DNA of 64,000 nucleotides from Fibrobacterota bacterium (GTDB lineage Bacteria; Fibrobacterota; Fibrobacteria; UBA5070): NCBI GenBank assembly GCA_016715065.1, contig JADKBN010000002.1, positions 212,286 to 276,285 of the forward strand, read 5' to 3'. Shown piece by piece: positions 10,699 to 18,831 of this stretch (position 1 is its first letter; each line of letters starts with the position of its first letter). The notes under the pieces were generated by a model. It saw only the letters and a program-made list of their open reading frames with translations, ran no database searches and was not told where the DNA came from. The position numbers and the translations under genes were made by a program.

Positions 10699-11877
10699 TC
10701 AGGGACGGATCGGCTCGAGTTCCTTGCCGCCCCACTCCACGGCCACGAAACCATGCCGTTGGACAGGGGTGATACGCGGCGGCACCATGGGGCGAGGTTG
10801 GCTCCTGCCTTGGAACACGGCGAAGGTGCGAAGGAACACGTCGGGCGTCGGCGCGATCCGCACCGGGTGCGACGAGGCGAAGGCCTGATCGTGGAACTGG
10901 ATGGAAACCCATGGATGGTCCGCCATCCGGGAAATCCAGAACGTGACGAATTCTTCCCGCTCCCGGAAATTCAACCCCTTTCGTTCCAGGAGGGAATCCA
11001 GGGTTTCGGCGAAATCCACCCCCCGCACCACCAGGCCAGTGTCGGAACCCGGCACCGGCCAGCCTTCGCTTTCCCAGAAAAGTCCGTAGTAGTGCTTGCC
11101 GGTGGCCAGGTCCCGCAAGGTTCCGTCGGGGCTGGCTGCGACGTGCCATTTTCTGTCGTGCAGCTCGGGGTAGACCGATCGAAGCGGGATCGAGGAGTCG
11201 AGTTCGACCTCCAGGCGCCTGGAGGTGTCCGGATACAGATAGATCATCGGCTTGAGTTCGACGTCGGTGGGGCGGAGTGGCTCGATGCATCGCGTGCGCC
11301 CCTCGAAGGCTCCCACGAGACAGCGGGAATCCTCGAAGATCTTCGCGTCCAGATTCGCCCGCGACAAGATCAAGGAGCACACGCCTTCGATTCCAGCGCT
11401 GTCGCAAGGGGTGATTTTCGAGGGCAAGGTTTGGTAGGCGAAGTCCCCGCAGACCCGCCAGACCCCACCGGAATCCCTCGCCACGGAGTAGCCGGGAGCG
11501 GATCCGGCCAAGGGGATCGGCGTGAGCAGTTCCACATGCCCGGGGCGATGCAGGATTTCCGTGGGCGAACGGAAGGCGCCGACCAGAGTTTCCCTTCCCG
11601 CGCGCGTTCGGAACAGGTACGTCATTCCGGGGCGTTTCCGGGACCGGACCAACAGGTGGCCCACCCCCTTGGCATCCGTGAAACGGCTTGCCGACACGGT
11701 GTCAGGCTTGTCGCGGGCTTGCGTGGCAGGAGCGGGTTTCACCACGGCGTAGGGGCTGGCCGACTCCAGCTGGGCGAAGGTCAGGCGACGAGGAAGACGG
11801 ATCTTGTCCGAGGGAATGGTGTCCCAGGCCAGAGGGGTTCCGAAAACGAGGGACGTCAGGAGGGAAAGGAAAGTCAT
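10699..11877 (-). CDS. Hypothetical secreted protein
   Basis: Signal peptide MTFLSLLTSLVFGTPLA at an internal ATG (11877); no recognised domains; the overlapping plus-strand ORF 10657-12288 is rejected as a GC-rich artefact. Confidence 0.45.
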   Translation of the reverse strand: MTFLSLLTSLVFGTPLAWDTIPSDKIRLPRRLTFAQLESASPYAVVKPAPATQARDKPDTVSASRFTDAKGVGHLLVRSRKRPGMTYLFRTRAGRETLVGAFRSPTEILHRPGHVELLTPIPLAGSAPGYSVARDSGGVWRVCGDFAYQTLPSKITPCDSAGIEGVCSLILSRANLDAKIFEDSRCLVGAFEGRTRCIEPLRPTDVELKPMIYLYPDTSRRLEVELDSSIPLRSVYPELHDRKWHVAASPDGTLRDLATGKHYYGLFWESEGWPVPGSDTGLVVRGVDFAETLDSLLERKGLNFREREEFVTFWISRMADHPWVSIQFHDQAFASSHPVRIAPTPDVFLRTFAVFQGRSQPRPMVPPRITPVQRHGFVAVEWGGKELEPIRP

Positions 11878-11902
11878 GGATCCGGTACCGGGGTGTTCGG
11901 GG

Positions 11903-12757
11903 TTACGCCGCCACCGTCTCCACCGGTCGGCGTGGGTCGGCGCACCACTCGCTCCACGATCCCGGATATAGCCGCGCACCGGGCAATCCCGCGATTTCAA
12001 GAGCCAGCAGGTTGTGGCAAGCCGTTACGCCGGATCCGCACTGCATCACCACGCGCTCCATGGCGATGCCGGAGAGGATCTCGTCGAACTCGGCGCGAAG
12101 TTCTGCGGAGGGACGGAAACAGCCCTGGCTGTCCAGGTTCCGTGCGATCGGCCGGTTGCAGGCGCCTGGGATGTGGCCGGCCACGGGGTCCAGCGTTTCG
12201 TTTTCGCCGCGGAACCTGTCGGCACCGCGGGCATCCACCACCAGCAGGTTCCTGGAATCCAGGCTGGACAGAATTTGGTCGGCCGTGACGGTTCCCACCA
12301 GGGACGGTCGTTCCTTCAAGTCCCCGCGCTTTCGTGGGCTCCCCACCTCCTGGGTCAGGATTCCGCCGGCCCTGGTCCAGGCGCCGATGCCTCCGTCCAG
12401 CACCGCCACGGATTCATGCCCCAGCCAGCGCAACAGCCACCAGAGCCGGGCGGCGAACATGCCGCCATGGTTGTCCGTCACCACCACCTGGCTTTTGGTA
12501 CTCACTCCCATGGTGGCCAAGATGGCGGCGAGCGAGGAACGTTCCGGCAGAGGATGGCGGCCGTTGTGCCCGGTCTTGGCGCCGGAAAGAGCCTCGTCCA
12601 GCGGTAGGAATTGGGACCCCGGAATGTGCCCCGCGCACCAGGCGTCGATTCCCGCGTTGGGTTGGAACAGGTCGTGGCGCACATCGAACACGATCCAGTC
12701 TGGATCGTCCAGGCGATTCAGGAGGTCCGTAGGTTGCACCAAGGTCGTGTGGGTCAT
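11903..12757 (-). CDS. sseA: 3-mercaptopyruvate/thiosulfate sulfurtransferase (tandem rhodanese)
   Basis: 284 aa; two rhodanese domains; active-site Cys in the CGSGVTAC loop. Confidence 0.8.
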   Translation of the reverse strand: MTHTTLVQPTDLLNRLDDPDWIVFDVRHDLFQPNAGIDAWCAGHIPGSQFLPLDEALSGAKTGHNGRHPLPERSSLAAILATMGVSTKSQVVVTDNHGGMFAARLWWLLRWLGHESVAVLDGGIGAWTRAGGILTQEVGSPRKRGDLKERPSLVGTVTADQILSSLDSRNLLVVDARGADRFRGENETLDPVAGHIPGACNRPIARNLDSQGCFRPSAELRAEFDEILSGIAMERVVMQCGSGVTACHNLLALEIAGLPGARLYPGSWSEWCADPRRPVETVAA

Positions 12758-12898
12758 GTGGATAAAATAGGTGTTGCCATGGTTTTTCTTTATTTCAGTC
12801 CAAATGTGCCGGCTCTATCCCGCCGGGCATCCGTTAACTCCTCCAAGGACTCCCAAATGACCCGATCAAAAATTCTGCTGGCCTGGGGCGCTTTGCTC

Positions 12899-13030
12899 CT
12901 GGGGCTTAGCTCGGGGGGGGGGGGGCGGGGCGGCGGGCGGCCGGGGGGCGGCGGGCGCCGCGCCGGGGCGGGCCCCCCGCCCCGGAGCAAGGCCGGGGGC
13001 GAGTGAAAGGGGGCGCGCCCACCCCTCCAC
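12899..13030. repeat. Almost pure G/C low-complexity tract (G13 run and GGCGGG repeats) inserted into a lipoprotein signal-peptide coding region
   Basis: Sequence cggggggggggggcggggcggcgggcgg...; the flanking 17-mers ctcctggggcttagctc and cctcttgggctagctcc are near-duplicates. Confidence 0.6.
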
Positions 13031-13123
13031 GCCTCTTGGGCTAGCTCCTGCGACAAGACTACAGACACGGTTGGAGGCACTGCCAAGCCATCCAATATTA
13101 CGGTCAGCCTTTCAAGCACGGAA

Positions 13124-14401
13124 TTGACTGCGGGTGGAGTTTCCGTAGACGTAGCCGTGGCCGTCACTGCGGACACGGGCATCGTCTCGATCTCCACATC
13201 GATCAAGACCTCGTCTGGCAGCTCCGCGGCAAGCTCGTTCGTCCCGAGCTTCACGACCATGCCCAAGCCTGGCGACAAAACCTTTGCGTCCAGCGGCTGG
13301 AAACTCTCGGCCCTGTCCACTGCCACCGCTGGTTCCTATACCATGACCCTCGCCCTGATCGACAAGTCCGGCGCCGTCACCACCAAGGAAGTCGCCTTCA
13401 CGGTGAAAGCCAAAACCACCACGGATCCAGATCCAGTCGACCCGGACCCCATCACGGGTGAGCCCTTGTTCAAGGTGCGAAGCGTTACCGCCGGTGCGCA
13501 GAAATCCACCAACGGTTCGTTCTTTGAACTGGGTGGAAGCGATGCGGGATGGCTGTATACGGCAAGTGCGGAGTTTTCCTCAACGGTGATCGATGTCGTG
13601 TTCGGTGCGGATGGTACCGTCCCGTCGTTCATGTCACCCAAGTACGCATCGACTCATGGATTCGATCTGACCAGCTGGTCGACGTTGAACAAAGCGGAGA
13701 TCGTGGATATGGGCACCACCAAGCCTGCCAATACGGGCGTGGTCGCTAAGGCCTTGGATGTGAATTTTGCAGAGTCTGTTCCAGTGATCGCCAACCACTA
13801 CTATGGAGTCGGGACAGTATCAGGAGATCTCGTGGTTCTCTATGTCGCTAGCTTGACTGGGTCTGGCAGTTCTGCGAATGCGGGAGTTGACATCTATGTT
13901 GTGGAAGGTGGCTCCGTCACGGATCCGGATCCCCTCGACCCACTCTGGCCCAAGATCGATCTGGGTGCTCAAAACGCAACCCCTCCCTCCGCACTGGACG
14001 TCGACGGGTTGGAGGCTTTCTCTTCTGGCGCGAAGACACCTTCCGAAATCGCCTCCATCGATCTGTTGCTCTACAATGAATCGACCGGCGGACTTCGGTT
14101 TGTCTCTCCCGAGTACGCTTCCAACAAGTCCTTCTCGCTCGTCAACGGCTGGGGGCAGACCAACGCCACCTATTTCTATGACAACGGCACCACTCCGGTC
14201 ACTTCCCTGGAACAGACACAGTGGATCCTTGAGGGAGAAGTCACGGAGCAGTACATCAATGTCATCGCGGGTCACTACTACATCGTGGAACACTCCGGTG
14301 GCGTGACCAGCGTCATCAAGGTCGAGTCGATCACTGGAAGCGGGAGCTCCGCCGTCGTCAAGGTGTCCATCGTCTTCTCCGACGACACCTACGCGGGCTG
14401 A
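13124..14401 (+). CDS. Lipoprotein with an internal tandem duplicated domain; the 5' end (signal peptide starting at 12857) is disrupted by the G/C tract
   Basis: Frame 2 is continuous from ATG 12857 (MTRSKILLAWGALLLGLSS...) through a TGA at 13004 into ...WASSCDKTTDT... and the 425-aa ORF; two copies of a ~110-aa domain (..YYGVGTVSGDLVVLYVASLTGSGSS / ..YYIVEHSGGVTSVIKVESITGSGSS). Confidence 0.55.
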   Translation: MTAGGVSVDVAVAVTADTGIVSISTSIKTSSGSSAASSFVPSFTTMPKPGDKTFASSGWKLSALSTATAGSYTMTLALIDKSGAVTTKEVAFTVKAKTTTDPDPVDPDPITGEPLFKVRSVTAGAQKSTNGSFFELGGSDAGWLYTASAEFSSTVIDVVFGADGTVPSFMSPKYASTHGFDLTSWSTLNKAEIVDMGTTKPANTGVVAKALDVNFAESVPVIANHYYGVGTVSGDLVVLYVASLTGSGSSANAGVDIYVVEGGSVTDPDPLDPLWPKIDLGAQNATPPSALDVDGLEAFSSGAKTPSEIASIDLLLYNESTGGLRFVSPEYASNKSFSLVNGWGQTNATYFYDNGTTPVTSLEQTQWILEGEVTEQYINVIAGHYYIVEHSGGVTSVIKVESITGSGSSAVVKVSIVFSDDTYAG

Positions 14402-14416
14402 TGCCAAGGGCGCGCC

Positions 14417-15676
14417 TCAGCGCCCGATCTTGACCTGTAGTTCTTCCAGGCCTAGCCGAAGCTCTTCGTTGGTCTTCGCCTGAGCCTCCAGAGCCTTCTG
14501 CTGTTGGATCGCGTGGAGGGTCAATTCTTCCACCTTCTTCAAGAGCAGAAGGTTCATCTGTGCGAGATCCAAGCCGTCCGCCTCGATGGCCTTGGCGCTG
14601 GGGATCTCGGGCAGGTGTTTGTGTTCCTTGGTGTAGGCTTCCACCTCCGCCAGGGGCGCGAGCTTGTATCCGGGCTCGAACACGTAGTCGGCCACGGGAA
14701 TGTTGGGTTTGGTGTTGAGGTTTCCCGTCACCTGCAGATTTCCGTCGATGGTTCCCCCGGTGCTCGCCACGGCCTCGCCCGCATACAAGAGCCGGTTCCA
14801 CGCTCCCCAGGACGATTCTCCCGTGCTGACACGATGCCAAATGCGGCCGGAGTGGGAAAAGGAAAGCTGGTGGACGGGGCCGCCCGAAAAATCGCCTCCC
14901 AGGCCCCAAGGGCGGTAGGTCATCAATCCGCAGTAGCCCCCGGTGGTCACTCCGATGTTCGCGCAAGCCTTGAAGTCGAAGCGAGTTCCCGCCGTGATGT
15001 TGACGGGAGTCGTGTTGGAATCCCTCGTGTCGCGAAACCCGATCATCCCCAAGAAGGTAGGAGCGACCATCGTGGCCGAGGTGGAAATGGTGCTGCCATT
15101 ATCTGTCAAGGACGAATTGGTCAGGGCCCCTTTGTCGTCGAACTTGGCGATCGTGTTGTTCGCCGGGCTGGCTGGTTTGGTCGGCAGCAGTTTCACCAGC
15201 GATTCGTTGTCGGCGGATTGTTTGCGGGACAGGGCGTTGAAGGTCGCTGTGTCGACCTTTGTCCTCGAACTGTCCTTCCAGGCCAGGCTGGCTTTAGCGG
15301 TGGTCAGGCTATCCACCCAGGTGCGATTGGGGCGGGAGGCGAGTTCGGACTCCACCCAGGTGCGGGCTGGCCGTGCAGCCAGCTCTCCATCCACTTTCGT
15401 GCTGTCGGCGCGCAATTTCTTCTTGAGCGCATGGAAAGAAGCGGTGTCCACGCGAGCCCCGAGGCTGTCCTTCAGCGAGGCATCGGATTTGGTGGCGATG
15501 GCGGTGGCCAAGGCGCTGACCACGGCTTGGTTGGCCTTGGTTCCCACCGCGCTGTCCAGTGCGCGGAAATTGTCGTTGACCTCCGATGCCTTCGCGGGAT
15601 CGTTGGCCTTGAACGTGTGGGGGAGCGCGAAGGTCGTCGTGGCGGCGAACAAGGCAGGCAAAATATGGCGGGACAT
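14417..15676 (-). CDS. Secreted protein with a tail-fiber-like C-terminal domain (paralog 1)
   Basis: Signal peptide MSRHILPALFAATTTFALP at ATG 15676; C-terminus ADYVFEPGYKLAPLAEVEAYTKEHKHLPEIPSA...NLLLLKKVEELTLHAI shared with the genes at 50268 and 51503. Confidence 0.65.
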   Translation of the reverse strand: MSRHILPALFAATTTFALPHTFKANDPAKASEVNDNFRALDSAVGTKANQAVVSALATAIATKSDASLKDSLGARVDTASFHALKKKLRADSTKVDGELAARPARTWVESELASRPNRTWVDSLTTAKASLAWKDSSRTKVDTATFNALSRKQSADNESLVKLLPTKPASPANNTIAKFDDKGALTNSSLTDNGSTISTSATMVAPTFLGMIGFRDTRDSNTTPVNITAGTRFDFKACANIGVTTGGYCGLMTYRPWGLGGDFSGGPVHQLSFSHSGRIWHRVSTGESSWGAWNRLLYAGEAVASTGGTIDGNLQVTGNLNTKPNIPVADYVFEPGYKLAPLAEVEAYTKEHKHLPEIPSAKAIEADGLDLAQMNLLLLKKVEELTLHAIQQQKALEAQAKTNEELRLGLEELQVKIGR

Positions 15677-15731
15677 GGTGTTGTTCTCCTGGCGGATCGG
15701 TTTGCGTGGTGGCGCCCGCAAATGTATACCC

Positions 15732-15774
15732 GCGATGATGTGGAGACGCCCCGCCGTAGAGACGCCCCGGCGGG
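15732..15774. repeat. GC-rich palindrome GTAGAGACGCCCCGGCGGGGCGTCTCTAC preceded by a partial GGAGACGCCCCGCC copy (REP-like, GTAG...CTAC)
   Basis: Perfect inverted repeat; related copies at 30457-30477 and 39814-39876; no U-tract on either strand. Confidence 0.45.
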
Positions 15775-15801
15775 GCGTCTCTACAACGGCGCGGGCCCCC
15801 A

Positions 15802-16782
15802 TCAATCCCCGCCGCCGCCTCCACATCCACCGCAGCCTCCCCCGCCACCCCCGCAGCCGGAGTCTCCACCGCCCCCACCGCCGCCATCGGAAGATCCGCC
15901 CCCGCAACCGGAATCGGAGCTGCTGGAAGACCATCCGCCGTCACTGCTGCCCGAACTGCTGGAGAATGCACTGGAAGCGGCCGGAGGGTTCATCCACAGG
16001 GGACTGGTGGCGATGGCGATGCCGGCCAGGGGTATCGCCGCGCCCCACATGGATCCGGACAATTCCTGGAACCCAAAGACCGAAGTCATGAAGGGGCGCG
16101 CATCGGCGCGGGTCCGCGAGGCTTGGGCATCGAACAGGAGTGGCTCCAACGCCCGGCGGCGGTTCGCCACGCAACGCCGACCAGCTGGGGTGGGATGGCC
16201 CCGGCGCCCTCTGGCGACCAGGCTGACCACGAGGACTCCCGCGATGACCAAAATCAGGAAGATGAGGAATCCGGCGGGCTTGTTGTAGGTCAGGGCCAGG
16301 GAAAGCTTCATGATGGCCAGGACTTCGATCGTTCCGAAGATGGCCAATCCGCGCAAGGCGACTTGGCCGGCAGTGGAACGATCCAAGAGGCCGGCGTCGA
16401 TCAGATCGGCTCGCAATACCTTGATCGATTCCGTCAATTTCAGTCCGTGCAGCGAGCCTCCGAGTTCGCCCAGCTCCTTGAGGAGTTCGGCCAGGATGGG
16501 GTCGTCGGGACGAGCGGATGGAAGGGGGATCGCAGGGCCGGTGGAGGCATCCACCTGGATCAGTCCATTGGCGTCGGCGGCGGCCAAAGCCGTCTCGATC
16601 ACCCCTCGGGGACCACGGGCCAAATAGGCCAATTCGTACGGGGTCAGCCGCATCTCCACGACCGGAGAGACGCTGCCAGGACCGCGACCGCGGAAGAAAT
16701 GGAAATAGATCCCCAGACCTGTCAGTCCGACAATCAGGAACAGGAAGAGGGGCCCGGGAATCATGCGCAGAGGTTCGAGCAT
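15802..16782 (-). CDS. TIGR04222-like membrane protein with a Gly/Ser/Cys-rich C-terminal tail (copy 1)
   Basis: N-terminal TM MLEPLRMIPGPLFLFLIVGLTGLGIYFHF; second TM FLIFLILVIAGVLVVSL; tail ...SDSGCGGGSSDGGGGGGGDSGCGGGGGGCGGCGGGGGD. Confidence 0.65.
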   Translation of the reverse strand: MLEPLRMIPGPLFLFLIVGLTGLGIYFHFFRGRGPGSVSPVVEMRLTPYELAYLARGPRGVIETALAAADANGLIQVDASTGPAIPLPSARPDDPILAELLKELGELGGSLHGLKLTESIKVLRADLIDAGLLDRSTAGQVALRGLAIFGTIEVLAIMKLSLALTYNKPAGFLIFLILVIAGVLVVSLVARGRRGHPTPAGRRCVANRRRALEPLLFDAQASRTRADARPFMTSVFGFQELSGSMWGAAIPLAGIAIATSPLWMNPPAASSAFSSSSGSSDGGWSSSSSDSGCGGGSSDGGGGGGGDSGCGGGGGGCGGCGGGGGD

Positions 16783-16809
16783 GGCACGAAAGTTAGGAAA
16801 GGGAGGTCA

Positions 16810-17793
16810 TCAATCCCCACCACCACCACAGCCGCCGCATCCCCCGCCTCCACCTCCGCAGCCGGAATCCCCGCCGCTGGAGCCACCCCCGCAACCGGAA
16901 TCCGATGAACCACCCCCGCAACCTGAATCTGAGCTGGTTGACGAACTTTCCCCGCCAGATCCGCTGCCGGAGGGCGGGCTTTGGGCAGGGGCGTGTGGGT
17001 TCAACCAAAGGGGGCTGGCGGCGATGGCGATGCCCGCCAGTGGAATTGCCGCGCCCCAGAGGGAAGTGGAAATTTCGTGGAATCCGAACACCGCAGTCAT
17101 GACGGCGCGTGGGCCGGGTTGGGTGCGGGCGGCTTGGTGGTCGAAAAGCAGGGATTCCAATGCGTGTCTGCGATCGTTCAGACAGCGACGACCAGCCAAG
17201 GTGGGAAATCCCCTCCGTCCCTGGGCCCATAGACTCAAGCCCAGGAATGCGAGGATGACCAGGGCCAAGAGGAACAGGAATGTGACGGGCTTGCCGAGAT
17301 GGAGCCCAAGGAAAAGTTTCGCGAGAGCAAGTCCTTCGAGTGTGCCGAAGATCGCAAATCCGCGCAGTGCGACTCTGCCGGCGCTGGCGCCATCCAGGAG
17401 TCCGCATTGTGTTAGGCTCCTTCGCACCGCATGGACCGACGATGACAATTTCAGTCCGCGCAAGGAGCCGCCGAGCAGGGTCAGCTCCCGAAGAAGTTCC
17501 GCGAGAACTCGATCGTCAGGGCATGCATCGGGGAGGGGGATGGCAAGCTTGGTTTCCGCATCCACTTCGATCAATCCATCGGCGTCGGCGGTCGCCAGGG
17601 CGGTTTCGATCACCCCGCGACGGCCCCGTGCCAAGTAGGCCAGCTCGTAGGGCGTCAGTGACATTCCTCGATCGGGGTTGGCTCGACCAGGCCACCAAGG
17701 TCGGTAGAAATGGAAATAGATCCCCAGACCTGTCAGCCCGACCAGGATCAGCAAAAACAAAGGCCCGGGGATCATGCGGAGGGGTTCGAGCAT
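16810..17793 (-). CDS. TIGR04222-like membrane protein with a Gly/Ser/Cys-rich C-terminal tail (copy 2, tandem paralog)
   Basis: Internal ATG at 17793 gives MLEPLRMIPGPLFLLILVGLTGLGIYFHF; tail ...SDSGCGGGSSDSGCGGGSSGGDSGCGGGGGGCGGCGGGGD; same ~30-bp 5' leader as copy 1. Confidence 0.65.
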   Translation of the reverse strand: MLEPLRMIPGPLFLLILVGLTGLGIYFHFYRPWWPGRANPDRGMSLTPYELAYLARGRRGVIETALATADADGLIEVDAETKLAIPLPDACPDDRVLAELLRELTLLGGSLRGLKLSSSVHAVRRSLTQCGLLDGASAGRVALRGFAIFGTLEGLALAKLFLGLHLGKPVTFLFLLALVILAFLGLSLWAQGRRGFPTLAGRRCLNDRRHALESLLFDHQAARTQPGPRAVMTAVFGFHEISTSLWGAAIPLAGIAIAASPLWLNPHAPAQSPPSGSGSGGESSSTSSDSGCGGGSSDSGCGGGSSGGDSGCGGGGGGCGGCGGGGD

Positions 17794-17803
17794 GGCACGA
17801 AAG

Positions 17804-18823
17804 TTAGGAAATGGGAATCGCCCACCCCGGCGCGCAACACGCGGGATCCCCTTGCGTGGCATCGCCCATCTGCGCGAAGGAAAGACATGGCGCGCCTCCC
17901 TGGCAAACGCTGGCGAACAGGCAGCGCGAGCAGCCCTCCGGCTGTCGTTGCACCAGGTCGCGCACCTTCTCCGATCCTGTCCAGATATCCCACGGGTTTT
18001 CGAAGGGCAGACGCCCGATGGGCTCCGGGAGCCGTCGGCACGGCACCACGGTGCCATCTGCGAGCACGGCCAAAAGCGACTTTCCGGCCGAGCATTTGTA
18101 CGCCTGGCCACCGCACGACAGAAATTGCAATGCACGCGAGGTGCGGACCTTGAATCCCTTTGATGACAATTTTTGGGAGACCTCGCGGAGTTCGTCCAAG
18201 AACGCCTGCGTCGCCGCGGCGTTCCAATGCGCATCGCCTGGTCCGGGCACCACGCGATCGGTCCAGATGGATTCCGCTCCCGCTTTGCGCGCGGCCTTGG
18301 CTGCTGGCGCGAGCTCGCCCAGCCTTCCCGGAAAGGCCGTGTGGGAAACCACCGTGGGAATGCCCCGGCGCGAGGTGCGCTGGATGGCCGCGATCGCGGT
18401 CTCGAATGCTTTGGGCCCACGGATCTCTTCGTGGGCCTTGCGGCTGCCGTCCAGGGAAAATTGCACGTAGCGCAGGCGAAGTTTCGCCAACTCGTCGGCG
18501 ATCGCGTCGGTCAGGAGTTCTCCGGACAGAAGCAAGGCGATCCTGGAATGAGGCAGGCGCGACTGGATCGCGTTCAGGAATTCGCGCCACTGGGGATGGC
18601 TCAGGAGTTCGCCGCCGGTGAGGTTGAAGTCCAATCGCCAATCGTCGGTCGAAACCTGCCTCGCCTTGCGATCCAATTCCACCCATTGATCCAGGATCGC
18701 CACAAGATCGCCCAGCGAAGGCTCTAGGGTGTGGTCGGGAATGTAGCAGTGACTGCAGCGGCGCGGGCAGCGATCCGTGATGTGCCACTGCACCAACAAG
18801 CGGTTGGATGGCAGTGCCGACAA
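17804..18823 (-). CDS. Radical SAM enzyme with a C-terminal SPASM/twitch domain (peptide-modifying maturase-like)
   Basis: CX3CX2C motif DRCPRRCSHCY; C-terminal auxiliary-cluster cysteines CSAGKS...VVPCRR...CSRCLFASVCQGGAPC; no in-frame ATG, so the start is probably TTG/GTG between 18791 and 18823 (uncertain); the stop is 10 bp upstream of TIGR04222 copy 2. Confidence 0.65.
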   Translation of the reverse strand: MSALPSNRLLVQWHITDRCPRRCSHCYIPDHTLEPSLGDLVAILDQWVELDRKARQVSTDDWRLDFNLTGGELLSHPQWREFLNAIQSRLPHSRIALLLSGELLTDAIADELAKLRLRYVQFSLDGSRKAHEEIRGPKAFETAIAAIQRTSRRGIPTVVSHTAFPGRLGELAPAAKAARKAGAESIWTDRVVPGPGDAHWNAAATQAFLDELREVSQKLSSKGFKVRTSRALQFLSCGGQAYKCSAGKSLLAVLADGTVVPCRRLPEPIGRLPFENPWDIWTGSEKVRDLVQRQPEGCSRCLFASVCQGGAPCLSFAQMGDATQGDPACCAPGWAIPIS

Positions 18824-18831
18824 AGGTGAAG

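Noticed and set aside
10657-12288. 543-aa plus-strand ORF overlapping the minus-strand secreted protein and sseA
   Set aside because: Arg/Gly/Pro-rich composition typical of off-frame ORFs in high-GC DNA. The opposite strand encodes a clear rhodanese and a signal-peptide protein.
16763-18163. Plus-strand ORFs beginning MRRGSSMARKLGKGG... with long Pro-rich stretches (PPPPQPPHPPPPPPQPESPP)
   Set aside because: They are antisense mirrors of the Gly/Cys-rich tails of the minus-strand TIGR04222-like genes (GGG codons read as CCC). The minus-strand proteins have transmembrane helices and a coherent architecture.
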